Shown here one piece after another: positions 1 to 22,902 of a DNA stretch of 64,000 bases. Location of the stretch: the NCBI GenBank assembly GCA_012295275.1, contig CM022672.1:26846001-26910000 (forward strand). Direction: 5' to 3'. Under the pieces are notes generated by a model, which saw nothing but the letters and a program-made list of their open reading frames with translations, did no database searches and was not told where the DNA came from. A program made the translations under genes and the position numbers. Positions within the stretch are counted from its first letter, which is position 1, and every line of letters starts with the position of its first letter. This DNA is from Chrysomallon squamiferum. Its lineage: Eukaryota > Animalia > Mollusca.

Positions 1-284
1 ACAGAGAAAGAAACTTTATTTTATAGGAACCTTTCACTGTTCATTTTGTTTAACCGGGCTGATATTTTACTGTCACAAATAATCAACACAAACTGAACAT
101 AATGTTAGTTGGTAATAATCAGTAATGGAATAAAATCTAGAATTTATTTATATATATTTATTTTTTTAACGTAGTAATCAACTGAAGTCTGTAAATAAAT
201 GTTCGTTTAAATCTTCTATTTCAAGCAAAGACATCTTAGATCTCAAATATGTTTGTTGCTTCTTCTTTTTTTCTGATCATTAAG

Positions 285-352
285 TCTGAGAGAGGAAACC
301 CGCATACACTATTCTCTGGCCACTAGTAAAGCAGTTTTTATGTGCACTTCCC
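285..352 (+). mobile_element. Degenerate fragment of an interspersed (SINE-like) repeat
   Basis: gagaggaaacccgc...agcagtttttatgtgcacttccc shares its motif with 5897-5965 (gattagcagcaag...tttatgtgaccttccc). From memory it resembles a gastropod SINE core; unverified. Confidence 0.35.
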
Positions 353-1743
353 CTCATTTCACGAAATGTCTGTGATTAAAAATCGTGTCAAGACATAGCA
401 CGAAATTAAGACAAGAAAAGGAAGACAAATATCTGTATATCGATTAAACGGTAAATAAATTTACTTCAGTAATTCACAGAACTGCAACATTTACATGATT
501 TTAAATTATAAGCTGCTGGAATATTTCAGTTGGGTTTTTTAAATTGAACTGGCACCTTTTAGAAACGTATGGGTGGCTTGAAAATGTCTCATTTAAAATT
601 CCAATTTTCACACAAACTGTGTAGATATTATTATCATAACTGTCAAACGCTAACTACATTTAAAATGTACCACTAAAAATAAGGTAAATTAATTGTTTAT
701 ACATTACACACATTGCATTTAAAAACTGTTGTTAACAGTCACGTAAACTTGGCTTATCTGTTCATGCTGTTCAAACATGAACGTGCATCACATAACACTG
801 TAATGTTGTGATGGAAACGTGTTTTAGGAACGAGGCGTACGCTAACACCCATAGGAAACATTCAGTTTGTTATTCGGAGCAGATCACTTAAAAAAAGTAT
901 TGAATTATCTATTACCTGCTCTAATTTAGGCAATCATAACAATTTCTTACTCATGCAAAAGAGCGAGTCAAATTCACAAGGTTCAATGCACGTTACTTCA
1001 ACACTGTTTAGCAGTACTGTTCCGATTTACAGAGAACATCCACAACCGCTTAGCTAGCATGTCAGCCTGAAGTTCCTCGTGTAAATCTACTAACTCAGTA
1101 TAAAAATAATGCGTTTTTGATATCTGCAAGGATAACTTAATATAAATATAGTTTATAAGAGCTGAGTAAAATCCGCAAATATAATTACAGGCGTTGCACG
1201 AAAGGACTGGTACTCACAGTGATATCACTGACTATTTTAGACTGCGATTGCTTTAACTGTAGCGCATACATCACAGGAAACATAGAAACATTGTTTAGAA
1301 CATAAAATATCCTGAAAGCGCACTCAGGAGAATTGATCCATTGGTTCACTGAAGTCAGCGTGATCGCCCTGTCTAACAGTTACTCCGATGACGGTAAAAA
1401 GTTCGGACAACCTTTATTTTTTTTTTTTTTTTTTTTATGTAAATTTATTAATATACTAACAAATTTATAATTTGTTCAGATACTTAAAACAGGCTGTATT
1501 AAAAAAAGAAGAAATCTCAGTTTCATAACGATTTGAACACTTGTGCATTTATCTGTCCTTCAAACCGTCTGTTTATATGGCCGCAAAGAAGCATATGCAT
1601 ATTAATTATATATACTTAATCATGCAAGTATATACATAATACACTTCTATCTGCCACATACACATCATATACACACATGCATACATACTTATTTACATAT
1701 ATTGATACATAAATGAAGTAAAACAAAAAGAAGGAGAGTAAAG

Positions 1744-1749
1744 TTTATT
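1744..1749 (-). terminator. Candidate polyadenylation signal AATAAA of the monooxygenase gene
   Basis: Plus-strand TTTATT lies 5 nt beyond the stop codon. The AT-rich background makes chance matches common. Confidence 0.45.
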
Positions 1750-1754
1750 GGACT

Positions 1755-10589
<8,835 letters not shown>

Positions 10590-10651
10590 TATGAAGACGA
10601 CTGTTTTGAAGAATTATATTTTCTTTTTGTATATTAATAGCAATTTCTTAA

Positions 10652-10659
10652 CTTATATA
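10652..10659 (-). promoter_or_regulatory. Possible TATA box (TATATAAG) ~65 nt upstream of the ATG
   Basis: Plus-strand cttatata at 10652-10659. Position fits a short 5' UTR, but this is weak evidence in AT-rich DNA. Confidence 0.3.
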
Positions 10660-11126
10660 AATACTAATTTCTTATCGCATATTAACAGAAATTACTCATC
10701 TTATATCTTAAGGTCATTGCCAGATAACAGTTGTTAACTTTCTAATGGTGTCAAGGAGATCATTAACAAACATTTGCTAGACATTTCTTAACTACAGTAA
10801 TATTTTTTGAAGTTAAATCTGTTTGTTCAACTCGGAAGCCTGAGCGACTCATTTCGCTGTGGACAGAATCGCTGATATTGTGGAATGTACCGCTTTGACA
10901 CATCAGTTCAAGGTTAGATATATCGGCATGTATTTTAATCGTATTATTTGCAAACTGTGATTAAAATCTTTTAAAATACTTGATCTTCAGATCTGATTTA
11001 CGAAAATATTAATAAATATCCGTTTAGCAAAAAATGAAATAAAAATATATATTTTTGTCTTTCGCGTCAGATTAAATGCAAAACTTTAGTCAAATGAATT
11101 TAACTATATAAATTACAATATGTAGA

Positions 11127-11248
<122 letters not shown>

Positions 11249-11650
11249 GTACGCATAACTTACATATATTTATAATTTTAAAATTGAATTCTATTTTTGA
11301 TCAGGTACTGGTATATGAACCCGATGTATACTGTTATAGAGGCAGTATCTGTTCTAGAAGCATATTTTATTATTCATATCAATTTCAATAGTTGTGTTCA
11401 TTTTTGATCGTTTTGATCGTTCAAGCAATCCGTGGCCAGACGTTAATTTTTGTAACAAATTTGACTTGTTTGAGTAATTTACAACAGATTCATCTTAGTA
11501 CTGTAATGAACGGAAATAAATAATTAAACCACATTTTTTATTTAACTTGTTTTACTTGATTGTGTCCTTTCTCCTTCTTCTTCATCATCTCCTTCTTTTT
11601 CTTCATCTTCTTCTTCTTCTTCTTCTTCTTATTATTATTAGTGTTATCGT

Positions 11651-11767
<117 letters not shown>

Positions 11768-11901
11768 TATATCACTGAATTAGTGTACGCATAACCAATG
11801 AAATAAAAAAAAAATTTGATTTAACTTTTTTACTTGATTTTGTTCTTTCTTCTTCTTCTTCTTCTTCTTCTTCTTATTATTATTATTAGTGTTGTTGTTG
11901 T

Positions 11902-12176
11902 CAATATTTTAATACATTGGCAAGTTCATACAAACGTTCACCTGATTCTCGTCTGAACAACCTTGATATTTGTTTCATCTCAAGTGAGTATTTCGCAATG
12001 AGATCTGTTTTATGTTTAGTTGATCTTCAAATCTGATTTCCGAAATATTAATAAATATCCGTTACATACAATATTTTAATATATTGGCAAGTTCATACAA
12101 AAGTTCACCTGATTCTGGTCTAAACAACCTTGACATTTGTTTCATCTCACGTGAGTATTTCGCAATGAGATCTGTT
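11902..12176. repeat. ~108-bp direct duplication (11902-12009 / 12069-12176)
   Basis: caatattttaataYattggcaagttcatacaaaMgttcacctgattct...gtgagtatttcgcaatgagatctgtt occurs twice, offset 167, with few substitutions. Confidence 0.9.
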
Positions 12177-12951
12177 CTATTTTTAACCCGTTACCTGTGG
12201 AACGTTGATCTTTACACAAATATTTTAAACTTCGCTTTCAGGTAGTCTCGCTTTATTTATTCAGAGGCATCGTAAAAGCTTATCTGTTTACTGAATTCAA
12301 GCTTTTCGTATCTACACATTCATTTATTTTTATCTACACTAATAAAAACAGGGGCGCGTACTCTTTTTCAGTAGACAGAAGACGCAAATAATCGTAAACT
12401 GACATAACTAAAACAAAGATTAACTAAATAAATAAATAAATAAGACCAAATACAAACACACAGCACTATGAACATAGACACACAAAATAAATTATCTCGC
12501 AAAGGATTTGAGTGTTTTGAAAACAAAACTTACAGAAGATTTATATGAAACGCTTCAGCATTATGGAGTAAACCTTTTACTATTTGTTCAGAAACGGTTG
12601 CCACCAACTGTTAATGTTTGCTGTTCCAAATGCCATTAAAAAATTAGACAATTATACTCTTCCTATAATGGTTTTGGATATATGATCTAAATGCATTTCT
12701 GGAACCGCCTGTTTAGTTAAATTCCATAATAAATACCCAACAGATCAGAGCCAAAACAAAGAGTGAGATACAGATTTCGCTAACGTTTTGTAGGAACTAT
12801 GAGATGGTATAAAATAATATTATGATTATTAAGAAAACTAATAGTGGATACAAATGAAGTTCTTAATCTGTTTATAACTATTTATTTGTTATTTATATTG
12901 TCACACACACTAATTAATTTTTTTTATCCCAGACTTCAGAAACCGGAGGGC

Positions 12952-12986
<35 letters not shown>

Positions 12987-13179
12987 GATTAATTAATTAA
13001 TTAATTTACTTATTTTATTATTATTATTACTTTTTAATTTTATTTTAATTTAATTTTATTTTATTTTTAATCTTTTTTTATTTTTTGCCTTTGAGAAATA
13101 GAGTTGCCGCACATTAATAGGAATACTAATTGAAGGGAGGAAACTCTTGTTTTTCAACGAACCCTTTTATCTGATTTTA

Positions 13180-13240
<61 letters not shown>

Positions 13241-13874
13241 GTATAGAGAAAACAATAGATAAGAACAAATCCTTATACGAGAGAAAGTTTATATTCATAC
13301 AGCAACACCCTTAAATATTTATTATTCGAAATACATTTAAAAGTTTCCGAAAGGAAAAAAAATCATATACGACTGAGTCCATGTTAATTGTCCTCAATTC
13401 TAATCCACGGAACATAATTAGAGTTTTTTAGATCATTGATGTTGTTGTTATAAAAAGTATATTAAAAAAGAACAACTCGTGCCGATGTATGTATGTATGT
13501 ATGTATGTATGTGTATTTCATATAAATTGATCCTATAACGCTTACTAGTAGAAATTGTAAATTCAGTCGTTAAAACATCAGAATAAAAATATTGTACTCT
13601 AGAATTTTATTTTATGGTTTATTTTTCCAATAAATTTATTTCTGTCGCTGTGGATCGGAAATTGTGGAAGATCACAGATTCGGGAAAATAAACTAAATAT
13701 ATGATTTATATACATACATGTGTAAATTTATAGAACAAATCAAGGTTATTTATTGTAATTTTAAATATTAACATAAATCTGTGATTTCCAAATTATGCCA
13801 TGGGTGTCCGTCTATTTATCTGTATGTATGTGTGTGACCGTCTGTCTGTATGCATGTTCGTGTGTGGTGTATTT

Positions 13875-13981
<107 letters not shown>

Positions 13982-16169
13982 CTCTCTCCATTCTCTGTTA
14001 TTTTTATTTACTCTATAATCATTTCATTTTACTGCAATACACACACAACGTTCTGTAATTAACAGTTTTCTTTCCCTACATAATCCCAAAGTCATATTCC
14101 ACGTCAAAAAACGACGGAGAAAAATGGCTTTAATTTGATGAATCATGTTCGCTTGTTTTACCGATCTTTGCACGCTATCTCGTCCTAAGTAACATCCTGC
14201 TGACAAATGTTTCATTTGCTTTTAGATGAAATCTCTCATAACCCATTTTCCCTCAGCTGAATCAAAAAATGATTTACAATTTTATATGAATGCTAGATTC
14301 AGCTGCCATATTGATAACCCAGAGAGCCCAGTGACTGCGCCTGGCGCCGAACCGTTAGTTGAAATTTCAAAATAATGACTCCATCATTTCCGAAATGCGA
14401 TTTTTATCACAAAATGACGAGATTATTCTGTTCTCGTTCACCTTTCTGACAAAATTAAATTTATTTGTCTTTCTCTTTCTCTTAGATGCTGTCACGATCG
14501 AGGCCGGAGTTGTTGTAAAACTTTTCTTGATGTTTGAAGACGTTGACGATACTGCTAATTTATACGTACCTTACCCAACGTCAACGACGTTCTTCGCTTT
14601 ATCACGTTCCCGTAGTCAGAACGCCGGGGGGGATTAGGGATAAAATAATAACTAGACAGAAGTTCAGAACAATAAATAATGTTAGAAGATTGAAAATTAT
14701 GACTTCTGATACGAATTTAATTTCTTCTTCTTTTTTTTTTTCATTTACAGTAAATTATATTTTGTGGACAGAAAATTATGATTCTAGTACAAAATTAATT
14801 TTTTTTTTTTTTTTTTTTTTTTCCTTCTTTTAACGGAAAGTTTTTTAATTTGCTTGCAGAACTTCATTTTAAAATCTATTTAATTTCGCTTTTTATTTTT
14901 CAGTCTGAGAATCTTGTAATAAATTGTACATCATGCACTTCATATCTCTGTCGTAATCTCTGTCACAATAATAATAATGATAAAGATAACGATAATAATG
15001 ATGTTAATGATGATGATAAAATTCCTATTTTAATGTTTTTATAGTTACTATTTTCAATATGATAATGATAGTCATGATGGTGGTAGTTGTAGTGGTGATA
15101 ATGGCTGTCGTGATGTTGACGTCGACTGTGTCAGACACCATAAAAATACTCACAAAAACAAGCACACCTGACAAAATCCATCATTTACAAGCAACACATA
15201 ACCAATATAATTTCTATGAACGATTGTTTAGTAAGATACAACCAATAACCATTTCTGTAAAACTCACTCTTGAGTTTTAAAAAACACAAAAAACTGGCAA
15301 TAATCTATACACGTTCGATCCTCTTGCACTTGCGTTCAATACAGCAAGCGGGGAAACAAAAAGACATCACTGCGTTGAACAACAAAGAAAAAAAGCGATC
15401 TGTCCATTGTCGTCAGACATCGGTTGTCTGCTGCAGCATACGACGCTTTATAAATTCAGCTTTTAATCTTTGATGAAAATTGTTTGTCTGATAGGAATCT
15501 GCTGTTTTGCGTTCAATAATCTGAACAGAAGCGGACGCGTTTGAGGACGCTCGCTTCGGCGGTTTCTTTATCAGTTTGTGCAACGTGCGCCTTTAATGCG
15601 AGGCAATTACAGCCATAATTAAAGTGACATTCAATTAAACCTTAGAGAAATTTGTTTTAAAAACGCTGAATGCATTGATCGAGAGATATCGAGTCCAGTT
15701 ATGATTCGGTCGTCATGATACGGTGTTATTTTCCACTGGGAGCAGTTATTGTTTGCGATAAGACTTGTGGCAGAGTTTTCAGAAAGAAAGAAATAGGGAA
15801 AAGTAAAGAAGAAAAAAAGAGAGAGAGAGAGAGACAGAGAGAGATATGGGTGGTTGAATGATTATAATGTTATCAGTGAAGCGCAGATGTTGTCTCTGTC
15901 CTGCTGTTTTGTTGAGAAAAAAAAGTTCATACAACAACAGCAATTCACTGAATCTGCAATAAATATTGATATAATGAAAAATAAATAACTGCTGGGCCTT
16001 CAGAGGGAGAAAAAAAATCCCTGGGGCGTAATTCACTATAAATGTTTATGAGAAAAATAATTTTTTTGAACTCGCTGAATTGATGAATTATCTGTAGAGT
16101 GTTAAACATTTATATTAGCAACCATGTTGTTATTTTACAGTTAGATTTTATATCCTCTCCCATTCCCTA

Positions 16170-16209
<40 letters not shown>

Positions 16210-18072
16210 CTAGGAAATAAATTCATAAGACTAATAATGGTTAATTAATATAATTATGTTGTCGTTGTTGATGACGTAGATGTTGTCGTTGTCAATGTTA
16301 TGGTTGTTCTTAGCGATGCTTAATCGTATCTATCTCTTTCTTTCATTCTGCCTCTCATCTTTTCGTTCTGTTTCTTTTTTCTTTATTTTGTGTCTCCCAC
16401 TCTCCCTCATCTCTCTATGTATTTTTCTCTTGTTCGGTCTACCTGTCTTTTCGTATCTCTGTCTATCTACCCCCCCCTGCCTCCCACCGACTCCCTCTCT
16501 CCGTCTCCCTCTCACCGTCTCCCTCTCTCCTTTTTCCTCTCCCAGTGACTCGTTCGCACTCTATGTCGATATCTGTCACCTACATCTACACAAAGCATTG
16601 TATGTGTGTTAATCAACATATCATGTACAACTCATGAATACAATATATCACCATTTATAAGATATCCTTTACCACGCACATGTGTTGAACTCCCAGGAAG
16701 AAAAAACAATGCATTAAAAACAATGCTAAACAGCCGATAGTCTTCCATAGTCAAAAGTCCATTTACACGTTCTTAAATAACAAGTTGAAATCATTAACAA
16801 TTGATCAGTAGGAAAAATTAATACGTTTATTCTTTTATAATAAAATGTGATCCTTTAATCTTCGCAGGATAATCGATAGACAGATAAAACTTCTTTTATT
16901 GTTTCGTCATGTTTCGGTCATGCTGGTACAGTGATGGAAGGAAGGACAATAAATGGTCAGAAGAACGGACGAATGGACAGATGGACGAATAAACAAGTGG
17001 ATAGACGACAAATTCAGAGAAAGATGGACGAACAGTAATAAGATTTAAAAAAAAAATTAAAAAAAGAAGAGAAGTATATCTATATATATATATAAAAAAC
17101 ACACACACGCATAATAATTTTTTTTTAAATTTAGCTGTTGAATATTTGATATTTCCGCCAGAGCTGCTATTTGAACCCGGAATCCTCCTGACTGAAATTG
17201 TTACAGTTACGAAAGCACGTCATAGGTACTTAGACAGAACATACAGCTTTTAAAAACAGCTCATCATCTCGAACCCATTACACCTTTATACCTGACACAA
17301 AAGTAAACATAAACCTTTTAGCTTGCCAAACTCGACAATATGAAGGTGACATCGAGCGCCATTGTTCTTCGTTTTGTTTGAACACCGAGCATTTTGGTCT
17401 GGCAGATTAGCGGCAATTCTCCTTTGAAAGCAATTTTAATGACACTAAATTGATCCACGAGAATATATTACTTTAGCGTGCTGTGGTGACGGATGTAATT
17501 TTGGTAAAAGGTTTTGGCCGAGTGGCAAGTTGAGAGAAAAATGGTTCGTGAAGAGAGAATGGCGGTATTTACTTATAGAATTAAACAGTTATTAAAGGCA
17601 GTGTATGATTAATGTGTGTGCATTTTCTGTCGCATTTGTTTCTGCACAGTGTAACGTCTCTTCAGCAGCTGATTTAATGGAGATTTTCAAAGTCGTGTTT
17701 TCATAAAAGCAAAATGTCCTCCTGTGTACGAGTGACATTACGTATGCATCGTTACTACGTGATATCAAGCTGTGTAATAACTCACCGTAGTTAATGTACT
17801 TTTACTTTTAAATACTGAGTTTATGGACTCAGAACAAGGAAATACGATGTTTATGAAGAAAAGACAGATATTAATAATGTAAGTGTTGACAACAGTAGCT
17901 GTAACAGTAGGAAGACTAGAAGTAATAGTCGATACAACAGCAGCTGAAGTAAGGCATAAATAAACGCATTTGCCAACCTACCTACTTACATACACACATA
18001 TATACGTATGTATGTACACATTCATACATTCACGCAGGCACGCACACACAAACATACATACATACATATATA

Positions 18073-18300
18073 AGGTTGTCTTGATGGCTGAACGGTAACG
18101 TCATCCAGCTTCGGGGTGTGGGCGAATGGGTGCCATACGTTCGAGTCTCGTCAGCGGCATCTGACGGGTTTGTGAGGTCGTGATTGGACTTTGTCCTCCC
18201 GCGCCAGTGCATTCCTGAACATTGTCTATGTGCAGAGTCTATTCAGACGTACATAAGACAGAAATATTCAAAATCCTAAACTACATACATACATACAATA
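18073..18300 (+). mobile_element. tRNA-derived SINE (Pol III internal promoter)
   Basis: A-box TGGCTGAACGG (18085-18095) and B-box GTTCGAGTC (18139-18147). GC-rich body does not fold as a cloverleaf and ends in a (TACA)n tail, embedded in (TACA)n. Confidence 0.7.
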
Positions 18301-19580
18301 CAAACAAATATGCATAGAATTTGGGGATTACAAAAAGTCCTAATCAGACCTGATTCAGTTAAGATGTTATAAAGCACGTGTGTCGTGGACACATTCTGTA
18401 AGAAATGAGGTTGTCTGACAGATTTGTAATGACAAGGTGAGGTGAACGAGATCAAATTGAGGTTTTGGTTGACTTCCGCCGGCCGCTTGAGTCCTGATAA
18501 ATTATGAATAATTTTGTATGAGAGACAATCAGTACAATGGTTGCTGACTCAAACTGAGGTATCGTGAAGCGATCCCAGAGTCTTGCAACCACTATTTTAC
18601 ACTTTACACTCATGAGACTGAAAGTAGATTTCTCTACGACCTTTAGACATTCTTTATCATTCAGCTGAGGTCATTAATATATTATTCAGCTCCGTAAACT
18701 ATAAGCTTGAAAAATGAAATCATTTCAGTTAATTGCTACGGCGTAGATGGCTACACAACACCGGTAACGAACTGATAAATTAAAGTTTAAAGACACGATC
18801 TCCTGCCGAGAATTTAGCAAATGCATGAACAAAACCAAAAAATATGGCATTAATATTAATGAAAAATTAATTATATCAAATTTCGATAAAGATATGACTG
18901 ATAAATATGTTTTAATTATTTATGGTAAAAATATGTTTTGTTAACATTTTAAAGAGCCCGTGCAGAATATTGAGAACAATACATTTCATATCCTTTCAAG
19001 TGATTGTTTTATAGGAGAAAAAACTTTGTTAATAATAAAATATAACAACACCACAGGAATCTAAAACGAATTTTTTTTATTTTTATTTTTTTTAAGGGGG
19101 TGGGTTCTAAGGTTAAAATAAAATCACATTACATATGAAAAAGGCGAAAATAATTTAGAAAAACTGCTCAAATTCACAATTGAACACGTTGTATGGATGT
19201 AATTTATTATTTATTTATTTATTTATTTATTAAATCTTATATCATCTTTCTTTCTTTCTTTATTGCTTTATTTATTTATATAGCTAATTACTTAGTTATT
19301 TTCTTATGTATATATTTATTTATCTTATCTAATAAAAAAACGTAAATTATTAATTTACTTATTTATGATTTTTTTGTTTAATCAAGATCGACTAAAGAAT
19401 TAAACTAATTAGTCAGAGTGCAGTCAGCGTGTAGATATTTAATTAATTTTGTTTTTTTAGTTTTTACTTTACTCAGACTGTTAGTTAGTGTTTCAGATTT
19501 TAGTCCCAGACAATAATATCATATTTAATGTGACCTTCCTACAGTCAATATAAAAGTTCTTATTTATTTGCTATCAACAG

Positions 19581-19630
<50 letters not shown>

Positions 19631-21060
19631 GTACACACATACATACATACCTACACACATATAAATATATATATATATATATACATATTACTTGTGTGTA
19701 TGACTCATTATTGTATTATTATTGTATATATTACCACTATTCATTTTATCTAATATGAGTTAATTAAATTATATGTTAACATAAAAATTTACATTTTTGC
19801 TCGTTAAGCTACAGTTGACCAGAATAATACATACACCAAGAATTCTGTATTTTCTCCTATTTGCAATTGTAATAATCAAAGAGCGGTCTCCTGATAGAAA
19901 TGTTGTTGTCTGTTTTCTAGGCCTCAGTCAACTTTTACACTGTACTAGAACCTTAAATGAATGAACATTAGCACATATGTGCTTTTTGTTTTAAGGTTTT
20001 CAAACAAGAGAATTCACACGCAGTGTATTTGGATCACTTAGGACGATATTTAACTTGTAATCTGTATACGACAACAAAAAAAGCCCATTTAACTGCGGAA
20101 TTATGATTACATGTTAACACATTTATAATGCGCTGGTATTGGACAGTCTTAACAATGAACAGCAAGAAATGCTCGACTTCAACAATCAGACAGTATTTTA
20201 TCAGCACGTGTTGATGGATGATAATTGATTGTCACCTTTGACGTCGAACTGGAAATCTTTCAAAGCACGCATGCCATGCACAATGCCGATTAAAAGCGTG
20301 TATACTTGAAGGCTAATGCAACACCCGAATCGACTTGGACTTTGATTGTTTTTCGTGGGTGGTTTTCGTTCTCTTTTGTTCGACGCTGTTTGACTACAGC
20401 GATACCTGGCACTTGCCAAAAAGCTTTAAAAGGTATCAATCGATGTTTTAGATTGATACATTAATACTATGTACGTGTACACCTGTAAAAGCTTTTATCG
20501 GTCTTGGCATTAAGATTGGCTTTTTTTCAAAAGCGAGCCGCACTTTTTTTTTTTTATATAAAAAATCGTTACCCGTATCTACTCTTAATAGATTTGGGAG
20601 GAAAAAAAACAACTCCTTTTGTGAGAGAAAAACATAATTTCATTAATGTTCTTTTACGACTGTATTTGAATGATAACAAATGGCGGATAAAAACAATAAC
20701 TAAAAGATTTAAAAAAAAAATTAAAAAAAGAAAAAGTATTAAAAGAAAATTAAAAACATATACTAACGTAATTCCCTATGCGACCTTTTAATCAAGAATA
20801 TCACTGTTATAATTTCCGCATTCATTCTCTAATTTAGTCTTCATTCTTTTCGTTGTTTTTTTTCTAAATTTTTCAAAAGGTCTATGCTGTTAACGATGAT
20901 ATTAAATCCATGAGGTTAGAGCGAAGGCTGAACTTCACTGGACTCAGGATCAGTTCTTTTCGTCGTTTCCTTTGTTCTTTCTTCCATTCCAACTAATGCT
21001 TTATTCCACACCCTTATAAAATGTATGTATGTGTGTATACGTATGTGTGTGTATATACAA

Positions 21061-21095
<35 letters not shown>

Positions 21096-21587
21096 TATAT
21101 GTATGAAATGTATTTTTGTTTCTAACCGATAAGAGTAAACCTCTGAACTGTACAGCGGGTTTCATTTCTAGCGACATTATTATTATTAAAAAAAAGCAGA
21201 ACCATTAAGATAAATTTACAAATAAATTAATATTCTTTATTCACAGCAGTCAGTATTTGCACTGTTTTATGTGTTATTTAATTATTAAAACGGATAAAAA
21301 AATATATATATATATATATATAAAAAAATTAAAAATAATAACCTGGGATATTTAGACATTTTATTGTTATTGATATAGTTTATTAAGTGGATAGATTAAA
21401 CTGTAATATTATCACTAACGTACGCTGTCGGGCAATAATAAAATGTTATTATTAAATACTGTGAAAATGAAGACAGAAGTATAATCTGAACAGAAGGTTG
21501 GAGCTGTAGCTGTTGTAATAGTGATAGTAGCAGTGGTAGAGTCAGTAATATTAGATGTAGTAGTGATACTGTCAGTAGTAATATAAA

Positions 21588-21619
<32 letters not shown>

Positions 21620-22859
21620 CTAATAGTAATAATACAACAATAAGAACAACAGAACAAATATTAGCAATGAATTAACTATAGTAGCAAAGATGCTGTAGTT
21701 TCATCGGTACGATAACTACACCAATGATGCAACAACAGCAACAATAACAGCTGCAGCAGCTGCAGAATTTGTTAATAAGATAAAGTTAACTGAAATTTTG
21801 CTAGCTATTATCAGTATTTTTAAATTAGTCTCTGATCATTATTACAAGCATGAAAAAATGAGCTGGATAAGAAACGGTTAAAACGAAAATGAGTGAAATT
21901 TAAATTAAATATAAAAAATACGAAAAATTACTTCTTCTTTTTTTTTTTCAAATATTTAATACCACTTTCAATTTTAAAGACTGAAAAAAAAAAAAAAAAA
22001 AAAAAAAGAGAGGTTATTCATTAAAAGCAAGTACCATTATTGAAACTGATCCTTTGGTACTGTGTGTTTTTTTTGTGGTTTTTTTGTTTGTTCTTTTTTA
22101 AATAATAAAAAAAAACCTGTGTCTAATTATCTAGTAATTAACTGAGAGAACAGATGCATAACAAAAATGTCAATAAGTAATTATAACAGGAAGCTTGATG
22201 GGGGGGCGGTATACAAAGTCTTTAATACTAAATTAACTACTGAAGCTTACGTTAGGATACCACATCACAACACTAATCTTAATTAATTTTTATTTATTTT
22301 ATGGATTTTTTATTGTTGTTTTTTTGTTGTTAATTTTTATTTTTTTTTTTATTTTTTTTAAATATACGCGCTGTCTAACTGAGAGTAAGGCACAATTTAT
22401 CACAGGGAAATAAAATATGAATTGCACCGTCTATCATCGGCTGATATAAGAGTTTTCAGTTACACGTGTTGACGCAAGTAACAAAAACAGTATTGTTGTC
22501 AATACGTCGCGTTGTTGTTAATTTTACATATGTCGACCTCCCGAGTAATGAATGGGTTTAAGTTTTGATAGGGTTTTATTGAACTGCGCATTAATTTAAT
22601 ACGTAGCTGAGTTCACAGGCGCCGTGTGCGCTGATTGATTACTAATAATAAAATTTGTTTTCACGTTTTCCGAAAATGCAATTAAACATTTATTTATATT
22701 TTTTGCATTTTAGAAGAAAATGTAGTGTTGTGTTACAAAATAAAAATAATACAATTTGTATATTATGTATGATGTGCATGTGTGTGTGTATATATTATAT
22801 GATATGTGTGTGTTTATATAATATGTATGTATGTATGTATGTATATATATATGTATATG

Positions 22860-22902
<43 letters not shown>

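Noticed and set aside
15548-15560. GCTCGCTTCGGC, matching the 5' end of U6 snRNA
   Set aside because: Only 12 nt match. There is no downstream U6 sequence (ACAGAGA box) or 5' stem.
17150-17230. B-box-like GGTTCAAAT on the minus strand (another at ~54489 on the plus strand)
   Set aside because: No matching A-box or tRNA fold; at most very old SINE debris.
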